64,000 nucleotides of DNA, taken from IMG/VR virus record IMGVR_UViG_3300022074_005559. The stretch is one strand, 5' to 3'. A program made the translations under genes and the position numbers. Origin of the DNA: a virus (taxonomy: Duplodnaviria; Caudoviricetes). This document shows positions 48,201 through 56,534 of the stretch, one piece after another (the first letter of the stretch is position 1; each line of letters starts with the position of its first letter). Below the pieces are notes generated by a model, which had not been told where the DNA came from, did not search any database, and was given only the letters and a program-made list of their open reading frames with translations.

Positions 48201-51200
48201 TTTGCCTTTTTGCAGTATTTGGTCATACGCACTGTTGTACTCATTCAAGTTTGTATCAAACATCAATGTGCCGTACTTGGCTGGCTGTAAGTTAAGTGCC
48301 ATAATCTGTAAAACAAATGGATATTCACTGCTGCGGACCCATGCTGTTTCTGCTGGGCTACCATCGCTGTATGCCCAGCCATCCTTGATGTTGGTCTTGT
48401 TGCTGTCCTCCATCAAAAACTCACCAGGAGCAAGCAAGTTACCTTGTGCATCAACTGGGATAATGCTCATTAGATCTGGGCGTGTACGATTTAGTTTCAC
48501 TGTGTGTGTTGTGCTTGTGGCATCTGTATGGATCTTACCATCACGGATGTCTTCCCACATCACTGTGTTACCACCAGTATAAGGTGCTTCACCATAACGT
48601 GCGTCCCACCAACTTGGTTTAGTGCTAAGTCCAAGCATTTCCCATGGAGTAGTGTGAGGTGTGTCTGTGTCATAGAACCAACGGTATATTGCTCTCCAAT
48701 ATCCTGGTACACGTTGCTTGTTAAGTTTGTTTACTCCGTTGCGATAGTTCCAAGTAAACGGATCGTTACCGTCTGCTATTGCATTAGGCTGTGTGCGTAC
48801 ACGATTTCTTAGTGCCCACTCACCATAGTAACCACGTGTGATATTGTTTGCTTCTGCAAGAAAGTCTAGTGTTGCTCTAAAGTAACCTGGAATGAAATCA
48901 CAGAAATCAAACAAGTCTCTGTTGTACTGTGTTTTAATATTATTGTATACACGCTTTTCGTATTCAAACAGTACATCATCACGTAGATCACCCCACCCTA
49001 CATACTTACTACCATCATGTCCTTGAATAACAGTTTTAGCAGTTTTATATGTTGTGTCAGTGTACTTGCGTGGTTCAAACTTGTAATAGATACCCATCAC
49101 TGATGGAGTTGGTGGAGCAAAACTACCATTTGTATCTGTATATTCTACAATCTTTATAGTGTCGTTTACAGCAATACCAATGCGACTTGTACCCAAGTTG
49201 TTTACTGTTAAATGTATTTTTGCTTCTTCGGTATCAAAAGTATAATCTTTGCCTTCTATCAGCAGTGTAGTGTTATGATAAACTAGCACGCCTTGATTAC
49301 TAATGCTTGTTAAATCAAACTGTGTAGCAAACTCAAAATCTGTTTCTGTAACATCGTCAATGGTATAAACAAGTTGCGACTTTTGTGTGCCCCAAGGCAA
49401 CATATCACTGTAGTAGAATGGGAAACTACTGGTTTTCTTTCCTGCCATAAATGTAATGATATCATCTACACATTTTGCAGGGTCCGTTAAGTCTAGATCT
49501 AGTTTATCAATGTTGTCAATAAACTTATTTTTAAACTTTGAATATTCGTTTTTAACAAACACCATTGCCTTAATAGCATTAGTAGTTTCGTTGCTCATTG
49601 CATACATGGGCAGTTTCATACCTGCACTGTGTTGCATGATGTTGCCTGGATATGCCTTAAAGTTTTTATCTCTGAGGTTGCTCTTACCTGGAGCAACACC
49701 TGTTAAATCTTTAATATGTTGACTTAGTGTAACAGTATGGTTACGCACTTGTCCAAGTGTCAGTGTGTCAAAAGTTGCGTTGCCGGCATTGTTTTCCAAG
49801 TTTTTAGGAACTTCGTAAAAACTATTTGCTGCTTTTTGTGTGCTATAAAACTTAATAGTAATAGTATCATTTACTGTGCGGCTGTTAGTAAACACAATGT
49901 ATTCTCTGCCATACTGCACTAAGTGAGTATACTGTGATTTAGGAATAAACTTACCGTTAGCAAATACTTGCAAAGGCTCAATAGTTCTGTTAGTATCTAC
50001 GCTTGCACCAATCTCAAAACTATAAAGCTCAGTGTCCTTGACATCATGACTTACAATCTGATATTGGAAACTAGGATCTAATACTTTTGTCCAGCCATTG
50101 TACAATGTTCTTGCACCTTGTGCATCAAACTGATGAACGTGACCACTACGCACAATAACATTTACATTTCCTATTGATTTAGTGTATTGGAAAGTATCTT
50201 TGTCAAAGTTATTTTCAAAAACAATATCACCTAGTGTGCTAAAGTTTTGATATGTTAGTCCAAAACTCAACACACTGTCTGGGCTTGCATTGTTGTTACG
50301 CTTGTAACTGAACAGTTTACTTCCTGTAAAGTTACTGCTAGGATATTTTGTAATGTTACTGAAACTTACATGGTCTGGATCAAACACATCAAATAGTGGA
50401 TCTTGATTGATTTTTGTTTTCTGTTGTGCCGCTGTCCAAGTACCATCTTCTAGCCAATATTGGAGACCTTGATTATTACTACCATAAGAACTTAGTACAC
50501 AGTTTCCATCTACAATGTCAGTTATTGCTACAAGGTTAATAATAGGATTTGTACTAATGCTGCTGTCTTGGTCAATGAAATCTACACGATAAACTTTGTT
50601 TCTTACATCAGCGTCTGTATCAGCAGTGAATACAACTGTATTACCTTGTTGCAAATCAATGCCATCTGCAAAGTAACCTGTAGTACCATTTACGTTACTC
50701 AGTGCATCTGTTTCGCTAGTGTCTACCACAGTCACAGGCGCAACTGCACTAGTGCCCATGTTAAACAGTTCTAGTCCAAACGCAAACTCAACAATAGGAC
50801 GCTTTGCTCTAGCATCACCATCAATAGTGACTGTGTAGCCATTATATGCCGCGGTTGCTTCAATAACTTCTCTATGGAACCAACGGTTGCCTCGACTCCA
50901 AGCATTACGATCTGGACTTGCACGATTAATAACAATATAATCCTGTGTAGTAGGCGCATTAAGTGTGCCGTCCCAGCCGCCTGTATCATATGCTACAGTA
51001 TCAAACCCATCACTGCTGCTTGTTGTATAAGTTTCAGCAGTAACCAGTTCATCTACAGGTGTTAAACTAATACCTTGTGGTTGCCCTACGCCTTCAATAT
51101 AATATTCTCTGTCGGCATACATGCTAGGAGTTACATCACTGTTAAACTCCACTTTCAGTCCATTGGTAAATGTTACACCGTTACTACTTGTAAATCTCTG

Positions 51201-52499
51201 CTTGCCTATAATGTCATCATTCACATCAACAGGAGCAATAGTATCAATCTCAACAAGTTTGATTCTTCCAAATCTGTTTGCATCGTTACCGTCTTGATAG
51301 TATAATACATCTACGCCTGCTGTGTAAGGTGCAATCAGTTTTGGCACACCGCTAGCATCTTTAAAGAACTCTCTGTTGCCATAACCGTCACCTTGTTTGA
51401 TTTTTACTTTTTCGCCAACGGGCCAATCTGCACTGCGACGTAGTTGAATAGTGTCAACTCCGCCAATAGTGTTTACTTCGATTGCATATACATCATAACG
51501 TATACTCATGTCCAGCACAGTGGTTTCATCAAACGGATTATTGTCATCATCAAATCCATATGCATCAAACAGTGCGCCTTGATCCCAAGCATCTTCATCT
51601 GTAGTAGTATTAACAAACACCAATGACTTGCCATCTATGATTGTTTGTTTGTCAATACCGCCATGCTCTGTAATAAATGTTGAATAAGGCTGGTTGTGTA
51701 TTTGTCTATATGTTAGTGTTGTAGCAAAGTCAGGATTTGCAGCAAGTGTTGCATTAATCTCATCGTTTTGTGCATCTGCTGTTGGAACAACAAATGTAAT
51801 AGTGCCGTTGTCATCACCGTTATTAGTAACACCTAATACTTCTCTTGTACTAGTGCTTGAGCTATAACTGCTGATACCGCTAGTGCCTTGCTCTGTTTGA
51901 ATCCAAAATGGGTTGCCGTTTTGTTGCACTTCAAATGTATATGTGCCACCTCTTGCAAGGATAAGTGTGGGGTTAGGATCGGCGTCAGCACTATCAAACT
52001 CAAAACTGCTTTGCAAACCGTTTCTAAATACGGTGTAATCTCGTTCTGTGTCTACAATACTGTTGAATACTTGTACGCTGTCAGGTCCTGCAGGCAACCA
52101 AAAGTATTCGCCGTAGTTTACAAGTTTATCTAAATCAACAAAACCACTGTAGTTATAATAATCTTGGTTAAACAGATCACTATGACTGGCTGTATCTACG
52201 TTGTTGTATTTTAACAGGTTGACAAAATCTTGATAGCCTGTTAGACTTTCAATCTGTTTGTTAGGTGTTTTGTATACTACAGCAGGTTCCAACTGATAGT
52301 TTTGTCTGTCAGTTGTTGACTCTTGGATGTAACCATCACCTACTGTAAAGTTTGGTGCAAACTTGCGTCCAATAAAACTACTAACACGTTGTAGATTTGG
52401 TTCACTGATTAACTGATCAAGAGTTGCGTTTAAAAACTTTTTGTTTTTATCAGTTTGAAATAAGGAAGGTAATAGTTTTGAACTTTTACGAATAGCCAT
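39267..52499 (-). CDS. giant (4410 aa) baseplate wedge / structural protein
   Basis: Uninterrupted ORF directly downstream of the gp6-like gene. N-terminus LLPSLFQTDKNKKFLNATLDQL, FG-GAP-like repeats, and GFD/FD repeats. Confidence 0.85.
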   Translation of the reverse strand: MAIRKSSKLLPSLFQTDKNKKFLNATLDQLISEPNLQRVSSFIGRKFAPNFTVGDGYIQESTTDRQNYQLEPAVVYKTPNKQIESLTGYQDFVNLLKYNNVDTASHSDLFNQDYYNYSGFVDLDKLVNYGEYFWLPAGPDSVQVFNSIVDTERDYTVFRNGLQSSFEFDSADADPNPTLILARGGTYTFEVQQNGNPFWIQTEQGTSGISSYSSSTSTREVLGVTNNGDDNGTITFVVPTADAQNDEINATLAANPDFATTLTYRQIHNQPYSTFITEHGGIDKQTIIDGKSLVFVNTTTDEDAWDQGALFDAYGFDDDNNPFDETTVLDMSIRYDVYAIEVNTIGGVDTIQLRRSADWPVGEKVKIKQGDGYGNREFFKDASGVPKLIAPYTAGVDVLYYQDGNDANRFGRIKLVEIDTIAPVDVNDDIIGKQRFTSSNGVTFTNGLKVEFNSDVTPSMYADREYYIEGVGQPQGISLTPVDELVTAETYTTSSSDGFDTVAYDTGGWDGTLNAPTTQDYIVINRASPDRNAWSRGNRWFHREVIEATAAYNGYTVTIDGDARAKRPIVEFAFGLELFNMGTSAVAPVTVVDTSETDALSNVNGTTGYFADGIDLQQGNTVVFTADTDADVRNKVYRVDFIDQDSSISTNPIINLVAITDIVDGNCVLSSYGSNNQGLQYWLEDGTWTAAQQKTKINQDPLFDVFDPDHVSFSNITKYPSSNFTGSKLFSYKRNNNASPDSVLSFGLTYQNFSTLGDIVFENNFDKDTFQYTKSIGNVNVIVRSGHVHQFDAQGARTLYNGWTKVLDPSFQYQIVSHDVKDTELYSFEIGASVDTNRTIEPLQVFANGKFIPKSQYTHLVQYGREYIVFTNSRTVNDTITIKFYSTQKAANSFYEVPKNLENNAGNATFDTLTLGQVRNHTVTLSQHIKDLTGVAPGKSNLRDKNFKAYPGNIMQHSAGMKLPMYAMSNETTNAIKAMVFVKNEYSKFKNKFIDNIDKLDLDLTDPAKCVDDIITFMAGKKTSSFPFYYSDMLPWGTQKSQLVYTIDDVTETDFEFATQFDLTSISNQGVLVYHNTTLLIEGKDYTFDTEEAKIHLTVNNLGTSRIGIAVNDTIKIVEYTDTNGSFAPPTPSVMGIYYKFEPRKYTDTTYKTAKTVIQGHDGSKYVGWGDLRDDVLFEYEKRVYNNIKTQYNRDLFDFCDFIPGYFRATLDFLAEANNITRGYYGEWALRNRVRTQPNAIADGNDPFTWNYRNGVNKLNKQRVPGYWRAIYRWFYDTDTPHTTPWEMLGLSTKPSWWDARYGEAPYTGGNTVMWEDIRDGKIHTDATSTTHTVKLNRTRPDLMSIIPVDAQGNLLAPGEFLMEDSNKTNIKDGWAYSDGSPAETAWVRSSEYPFVLQIMALNLQPAKYGTLMFDTNLNEYNSAYDQILQKGKSYRPGIADFKMHGQSDGDGDIIRVEGYNQFIAEYLRSTGFSIDDAITKINNLELNLCYGLAGFSDKKYLKVIAESITPSAETENIFIPDEDLFLYMKKSLPLERVVYSGVQIIRRADGYEIQGYDTENPFFKVIPSARGNDPKVIQVGETTYFEYTEFENKIISVPYGTVIPARQQVFDFLVAYQRYLLSRGFVFDGTTGTGEKNDFVSAGKEFAFWTDQKWQEGSVIVISPYSENLTLNRAFTTVDDIVNKGNIKDANSATINPKYYDVTRSDNITTINIDPEATQLYSVQLDPVQYEHVLVFNNKTIFNDIIYQPELGNRHSRLKLVGSKSGDWNGTMHAPGFFINEDKINIWETYTDYKKGDIVSFQSKTYVAKYSVAGSKTFDYNDWTVADNMQTGMVKNLSNKANEFTNYFELDNLNLEDGVDKLGKGIIGFNNKSYLAGLGLDDVSQVKFYQGMIKQKGTSTAINKLIDAELTNLDQTIDFFEEWAFRVGEYGSISSNQVIETIIPEEQATNNPFVLHFHADGDLPADDNITHYHVQRKDLYKTPENYTGHVFAKRGTNGVTLKDLDSAGYARLDDVDFTAFGGDQLESLSGQIGILGKGKKIWVATDTTNTWAVRRIDEVLSSVTSVASSGNGYLVYTTDINHGLVKDDYVIIRAQQPIGKVAKIYSVDAPNKFTIADATTDADIQDVSLPMYKLSNVRFTQASDMASYTPVSGWDNKELVWVDKDTNGDWSVLQNSRPWTTTGTKTNASVTANDNLGTSVAVNKGSTLAVVGAPNYGTGLITPYVRSEGGTLLESNSVTVTTIGDSVDGFGASVAAGDEYVAVGASETQSDAGAVFLYYIDSAGTFNRRPSIRPSDITVNDKFGTRVVLTGNGRYLFASAPGANKVYAYAFVDIPTSLEKSFTISTTGAATYSLDFVPQSLQALNIVDENGKVYLPNKDFTLSHDEITFTSTPASGLDIVVRQQDYFAQVSSFSGHDSLIGDNFGFSLDADYTGETVAVGAPQAAVPNTTSTVLGEAGEAYVFSQVVETFVGNGSTKVYTTGNDLQAKIFVEVDGVLQVETDNTDTGTDNEGSTQGFYTRSGNTITFKFTPTNGSSIKVCTGTFTEKQRLTQTTAGDTITEGERFGHSIAIDSKGGIVAVGSPGEDETNPNTGSVFVFQDTGKNYGSVTGSSNHTQTAGDILYINGYKVVVGDTSSDANDLKADINDANIPLVTASVNSVGSLVISSTSDELETKLRLVSGTGQMFIRDTVIAPFTFTQKINHPQGFENENFGNALAFDKHIGVGTDSFPGTRNLVISSDRASTMLAVGFDVEDNSNSENYLSATTTYDGNGTTFTDRRTQSGAAYIYELMNAYNESATNPSKLVFGQQLTSTNVNAIDQFGASVAFSDNRVFVGSPGDDTTRGTTNLQNSGSVYEFNNNLRTASWQVLRSEGNRVDVDQINRVALYNKKSGEISVFLDYIDPAKGKIAGVAKAELDYISHNDPCLYDNNIWNYKQEYRLWWDTSTVHYLNAEQGNIDFRTNYWAQSFPGSSIDIYEWMMSDVPPDQYNGEGFVKDLSKFTTAIVYDPKHNHTRQHWFFWVGGRTSIPAEAGFRTLSADSVKALIEDPKAQGLPYAAFLDTDAIALFNCKQYFADKDVVLSVNYDVVKNEGVLHSEFELYGRGNIDQSIPTRIYNKLVDSLAGSDSVGNIVPDPFLSEVEKYGVLTQPRQGMFVNRASALKVLVQYCNSIFATAPFARNADLSKLLSSENIPTVNSGEYNISVDNIEERDFLNTATLSTGYKVLVLEDSTNSDYWTIYELQSDKTWLLANIQGYNTQDYWSYKTYYSSGYDSTTVPKYQVTLEADLLTLTQAVTGDIAKVTSNDEGNFSMFCKKDTGWDEVIIERGTLALNASLYSFAALSTALHATGFDNDGFDFAPYDKIPADEIRQIIKAIKEDLFIDTFATNMNELFFRLMEYALNETTFTQDWIFKTSFLSVAHKIRSLDQYNTFKYDNTNFIEDFIEEVKPYKTKIREYISKYDKIDPFEGDTTDFDIHPFYDEDLGYFRKPSGEYAGDEITRTQGLNKPWGENYGYRLDDIVLVNAGSGYIDDPIVTISAPQLAGGIQAVATAKSNGDTIVSITVTNKGSGYTQNPTITITGSGTGCIVSPRLTNSTTRSFDTTIKFDRITYSSSIKDWAANTAYTAGDIVAYQNTKTKTQEVYTVAQTFTSGTTFSVENASGITVLTVKADADFTNTADRIAAYYYPTTGMIGDDLELLQKGTGYLGNKVLGAGFDQNPGFDSGNFDTVAFDALETDEDGLEVLGGLIDTNISSLFTDLALGTRPEDINVDGGKFVDTYNSHAPEELVPGRVYDTLDMEVYTHASQDYEKDGNAPVINYISYTDGDRSVFSYGDPAKSADDFEYILVYKNTTRVYDFTIDFNNKNVILATPLSGTDVLHIYAYGVTGEKIVGEYTFTGDGSTANFVLANTPDVTQQTLVYVDGVETTISVGSQDARSVIKFPATNIPVNGAHIHVTVYNQAEGRDAPSKVALQTVNLTAGTSTYDLDNTVNYAQPFSANVVVDLDGVRLRPANSKYHTGDGSTTQFAISTTSGETTIGNFNNFGVALIKKSDNQTTNMIKDQDYTIVNGDDFVTLNTAPADGDTVIVYNTTDAEYFIDGAGDQITIAGDVTFNSSSVLRVTTFANHDPVRIQTKVHVGKGTGSIVTEDAFDEVLFDSGGFDRESTTGITGTYSLDRTVTNVNNFWVTVDGVRLHPGDYEVSGTDLIMSTAQRDAIDGTSVVVITHISENRIQPSTGFRIFQDMNGEVEYLRLAKDATTFTTETVDKGDTKIYVDDVSKLPFVTASSEHPGVVFIGNERVTYTVVSRDDNYISGLRRGTAGTQIYTSIAPGFLVVDGSRDQYLPDNNTHTKTWYDLGESTAADGLGLQQSTTTNANFLREKEAQVPNYRLELNEKLYMVADYVEDDYVEELL

Positions 52500-55400
52500 T
52501 AGTAACCATATCCTCCGCTTGATCCACTGCCGCTTGATCCACTGCCGCTTGATCCACTGCCGCTTGATCCACTACTGCCTGAACTGCTTGTTGTTGTAGT
52601 GCTAATATTATTTGTAACTGTATTTACTGCTGAGCTACTACTGCCTGCTGAGACACTTTCACTTGCTAAACTGGTTGAAGTAGTGTTTGTTACTGTACCG
52701 CTTGCTTGCAAACTATTTGCTGTGATAACATCAATCACTTCAATATCATTAACAGTCGCTGCGCTTACAAGTATTTCATCACGTTGACTTTGTATCTGGA
52801 ACAAACTACCAAAGTTACTGGTTGCTAGTTTTGGTACAATAATAATACTCAATACATCTGGTGCAAGTGCATTGTACAAATATGCAGCAAGTTCACTGAA
52901 GAAAAATGTATCACCAAAGTCCCAGTTTTCAATAGCAAAATAATCATTAATAGCTCTTATTACTCGTTCTTTGATTTCACTGTCACTGACCAATGTGCTG
53001 TTATTCTTAACAACTTTAAATGTTGCTTGCAACTCTTCATCTGCTTTGTCGCCAAACAATGGTCTAAATGTGATACCATTAAAGATTAGTGTGTCACTTA
53101 CACTTTTATACTGCTCAAGTTCTCCAAATGCATCACGCAACTCGTTGGTTGTTGGATTATTTGGTTTAGGCACATTGCTTGTTATGTCTGTTACATAGTT
53201 TCTGTAATCTGTGTTATACTGTCTTGTTAACAAGAACACATCAATAATATTACTTGGACTTGGATCAATGCGTCTATTGTTAGGACTGTTGTGTGTGTAT
53301 TGGAACAACAAATCTGCACGACCTGTACGCTTTACATAGTCTGTGGTTTGTGCAATACTTTTAACATTTGCACCACTTACACTGAGAATATAAAACTTGT
53401 CATCACTGCTTGCATAAAATATTTGTCCACTGGTGAACTGAGCTAGAACTTCTTGTATTGTTGCTTGTGTAGTATAACGCTGTTCAATGACTGTACTGTC
53501 TACAGGAGTATAAGTTAAGTATCCGCCACTGCTGGTTTCTGTTTTATAGAATACAATCTTTGTAGAACTGCCTACAGTAGGAGCAACAACAATATCAAAT
53601 ACTTCCGGATTATCAACAACGCCGTCGCTGTCAATATCTGGGAACGTTACTTTAATTCTATTTGTTAAAATATAACCATCCGTTTCAGTAATCACATCAT
53701 CAACTTGCATTGCATAATCTACAGCAAGACTGCTTGTACTGTCTGGTAGTGCGTTAACTTTTAGAATGTTAATTTTATCTTTGATTGTTTTGCCTGTGCG
53801 TGGATCAAAAATAGTCAAGTCTTTATCAAAGTAAAAACGTGTTTCTAGTTTGCTTTCAAAAATATAACTTGTACTGCGATAGTTCACAGTATATGTAGAT
53901 CCATCATTGGTAAACTTGAACCACCAACTGTTGTCTAGACTTGTGTTACTGGTATTGCCAGCATTTGTCAAACTAAATGTATTTGCTTGGTTAAGATTTA
54001 AACTTTCAATGATTGCCCACGATTGTGTATCTCTATCATAGCGCAACCCAAATGTTTTATAATCGCCTACTGCTTGAATGACTGCGTTTCTAACAGTACT
54101 ACCCAGTGTTGTAACCCATGGAGCAATAACTTCTTTTAGCACTGCATCTGCTGGAATAACTTCACTAAGTGTCACAGGACCGGAACCGTCGTCAAGATTT
54201 CCTTTTCCTTGATTAGTTCCATCTGTTATCACTGTTGTGATACTAGCCCAAATAAAGTCTCTAGTATTAATCGTACCACTAGTGCCATTAATAAGGTTAT
54301 TGTTAATGTCAAAAACTTTGCCACCTGGCGCAATAAACTTTAGTAGACTGCCTACTTTTGCATATTTCAAGTTACTACTGGTAAACTGTCCAATCTTTTG
54401 TGCAGCATCTACGTCATTTTTAAAATAACCAGTACATGTGCCTGTAGTAGTGGTTGTGAGATTCCAATCAATGTTTAGTCCCTCTACATTAATACCACCA
54501 TAGTTTTTAAGGTAGAAATGCAAACTATCGTTTTTAAGAATGTTCTTTTCTACTTGCTGTGCAATAACATTACTGATGTCACTGTCAGTGATAAACGTAA
54601 ACTGAAACTTTTGCAAGTCTTCTGTACGATAGAAAATACCATCTTCAGCAACAATGTTTGTACTACCATATTTTCCAGTTGTATCACGCACATCCAAGTA
54701 ACGACTAATACCACTAGCAGTTCTGTTGATTGCTTTGCTTTTAATAATATTACTGAACTTTGTGTAAGGCAAAACTTGGTAGTCTTCACCAGTAATCATA
54801 CGATCCTGTGTGTAGTACTGTTGCTGTGCTTTTTGCTTTACATCTATTAAACTTTCTCTGCCGCTTGCATTTGCAATAGTGCTTTGCAGTGTTAGATTAA
54901 TAGTTAAGTTTTCAATCTGATTGACATGACTGATATAGGGCATAACAATCTGTATGTTAGCCATGTCATCTGGAATAATCTTATATGTAGTACCTGCGCC
55001 TGTGCGGAAATATACACGGAACGAACCTGTTGGAATATTAGAGAATACGTCATCTCCAAACACCAAACTGATTTGATCATCTGCACGACTGCGCACTGTG
55101 AATAAGTTTTTATTGTTTACACTAAGACTGTTGTAGATAACATTGTTGCCACTGATTGCTGGTACTTTGTCCCAGCGTGTAGTTTCGTTTCCTCTATCAT
55201 CCAGTTGATACAACCATACATCATTATTGTCAACATTGTTTATATCAATATCTACTGTACGGTTAGGTAGTTTTTCAGCAATGCTAAAGTCTGCACTTTG
55301 CAAGTTACCTTGTTTAAAGTAGAAAAAGAAGCCGTTGTTGGCACTGTTGAATCCGCGGTTGTCGTTGCGATAAATGATGTTTGTTGTTGAGCTTGGCTGA

Positions 55401-56089
55401 GGTGATGCTTCATACAAGTAGTCTGTACCGCTGTATGTACCTTTTACAAGTTCAAAGTCCAGTGTTTGCGCACCTACATTGTTTTGAAAATCATATACAG
55501 GCACAGTGCCTTCGCCGATTCTAATATTATATTCTTCAATATTGATACCACCAATGGTTGTCTTCAGTCCAGGATTACCAAACTGTTGTGTGCTAACCAT
55601 TGCAGCATTTAGTATTGTTGTAAACTGTTCTAAGAAGTCACTGTTAGTAGGATCGCCCCAAGTGATTTCTTGGTCACGCAGATTGTTACCATTACTGTCT
55701 GATATATCTTCTGTGGTCTGTACGCTGGTTACTTTAAGTAAGCCTCTAGCAATCTGCTGACGCTTTGGATAATAGTTAAGCATGCGAGCCAAGCGTAGTA
55801 TGCTGTCTCTGCGTTCTGCTGTTTCTAAAAAGTTCTCACGAGCGTTTAAGTCTGCACGGAAACTTAGGCTTTGCCCAAGAAATGCAATAAGGTCAATGAG
55901 TGCAATATACTCACTGCTTTCAATAAAATCGTTGAAATCTTCTGGGTAGTATGTGCGGATATAATCCACCATACTTTTACGAATAGTTTCGTAATCATAA
56001 CTTTGAAAGTCTGCTTCACGAAAGGTTTGGTATACTTTTTTCCAATCTTCAGCAGCGAATAAGTTTGCTTGTCTTGTGCTTGCAGCCAT
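52499..56089 (-). CDS. baseplate wedge subunit, T4 gp6-like
   Basis: DFQSYDYETIRKSM, SSEYIALIDLIAF, NARENFLETAERRDSILRLA, QDRMITGEDY; adjacent to the gp25-like gene. Confidence 0.88.
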   Translation of the reverse strand: MAASTRQANLFAAEDWKKVYQTFREADFQSYDYETIRKSMVDYIRTYYPEDFNDFIESSEYIALIDLIAFLGQSLSFRADLNARENFLETAERRDSILRLARMLNYYPKRQQIARGLLKVTSVQTTEDISDSNGNNLRDQEITWGDPTNSDFLEQFTTILNAAMVSTQQFGNPGLKTTIGGINIEEYNIRIGEGTVPVYDFQNNVGAQTLDFELVKGTYSGTDYLYEASPQPSSTTNIIYRNDNRGFNSANNGFFFYFKQGNLQSADFSIAEKLPNRTVDIDINNVDNNDVWLYQLDDRGNETTRWDKVPAISGNNVIYNSLSVNNKNLFTVRSRADDQISLVFGDDVFSNIPTGSFRVYFRTGAGTTYKIIPDDMANIQIVMPYISHVNQIENLTINLTLQSTIANASGRESLIDVKQKAQQQYYTQDRMITGEDYQVLPYTKFSNIIKSKAINRTASGISRYLDVRDTTGKYGSTNIVAEDGIFYRTEDLQKFQFTFITDSDISNVIAQQVEKNILKNDSLHFYLKNYGGINVEGLNIDWNLTTTTTGTCTGYFKNDVDAAQKIGQFTSSNLKYAKVGSLLKFIAPGGKVFDINNNLINGTSGTINTRDFIWASITTVITDGTNQGKGNLDDGSGPVTLSEVIPADAVLKEVIAPWVTTLGSTVRNAVIQAVGDYKTFGLRYDRDTQSWAIIESLNLNQANTFSLTNAGNTSNTSLDNSWWFKFTNDGSTYTVNYRSTSYIFESKLETRFYFDKDLTIFDPRTGKTIKDKINILKVNALPDSTSSLAVDYAMQVDDVITETDGYILTNRIKVTFPDIDSDGVVDNPEVFDIVVAPTVGSSTKIVFYKTETSSGGYLTYTPVDSTVIEQRYTTQATIQEVLAQFTSGQIFYASSDDKFYILSVSGANVKSIAQTTDYVKRTGRADLLFQYTHNSPNNRRIDPSPSNIIDVFLLTRQYNTDYRNYVTDITSNVPKPNNPTTNELRDAFGELEQYKSVSDTLIFNGITFRPLFGDKADEELQATFKVVKNNSTLVSDSEIKERVIRAINDYFAIENWDFGDTFFFSELAAYLYNALAPDVLSIIIVPKLATSNFGSLFQIQSQRDEILVSAATVNDIEVIDVITANSLQASGTVTNTTSTSLASESVSAGSSSSAVNTVTNNISTTTTSSSGSSGSSGSGSSGSGSSGSGSSGGYGY
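52515..52573. repeat. 15-bp tandem repeat CCGCTTGATCCACTG, about 4 copies (encodes SGSSG)
   Basis: Perfect units at 52515, 52530 and 52545, plus a 14/15 unit at 52560. Confidence 0.95.
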
Positions 56090-56120
56090 TTTCCTACAAT
56101 CCTAATTCTTTGTATTGCAG

Positions 56121-56127
56121 TATTTAT
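56121..56127 (-). promoter_or_regulatory. late promoter ATAAATA
   Basis: Minus-strand ATAAATA in the 60-nt gap, about 31 nt upstream of ATG 56089. Confidence 0.55.
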
Positions 56128-56148
56128 TAACTGTATAATATAGGTATA

Positions 56149-56526
56149 TTATTCAAGTTCTCTATCTGGTCTACTAAAGTTAACAATCATGTTTTCAACT
56201 TGATTATTGTGAACATAACGAACTTGCATTTCGATTTGTAGTCCATTACCAAACTCGTCTAGCACTACACCTTGACTAACAATGCGAGGATCGGCGGCTA
56301 TAACAGCATCTACTTCTTGGACGATTCTGCCTTTTATTTCTTCTGTAAGAGGATCAAACAGTAAATCTTGTATTGAAGTACCAAAGTCGCCATTCATAAG
56401 TTTTTCTCCCTTACGAATCGCAAAATGATTCAATAAATCACGTTTAATCAAATCAGTATCAGTTAACTTTGAACTACCAAAGTTATTACCTACTGTGCTG
56501 AATCCTTTGTATGTTGCAACTGCCAT
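56149..56526 (-). CDS. baseplate wedge subunit, gp25/GPW-like
   Basis: YKGFST, LIKRDLLNHF.IRKGEKLMN.DFGT.I..LLFDPL and DPRI; GGAGG RBS. Confidence 0.92.
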   Translation of the reverse strand: MAVATYKGFSTVGNNFGSSKLTDTDLIKRDLLNHFAIRKGEKLMNGDFGTSIQDLLFDPLTEEIKGRIVQEVDAVIAADPRIVSQGVVLDEFGNGLQIEMQVRYVHNNQVENMIVNFSRPDRELE

Positions 56527-56534
56527 AACTGTAT

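Noticed and set aside
39267-52499. Intein, intron or alternative genetic code explaining the giant ORF
   Set aside because: The ORF is continuous in the standard code, I saw no intein splice-junction or homing-endonuclease motifs by eye, and TAA, TAG and TGA all serve as stops elsewhere in the window.
52515-52573. Tandem repeat as a CRISPR array
   Set aside because: 15-bp units with no spacers, in frame within a coding sequence.
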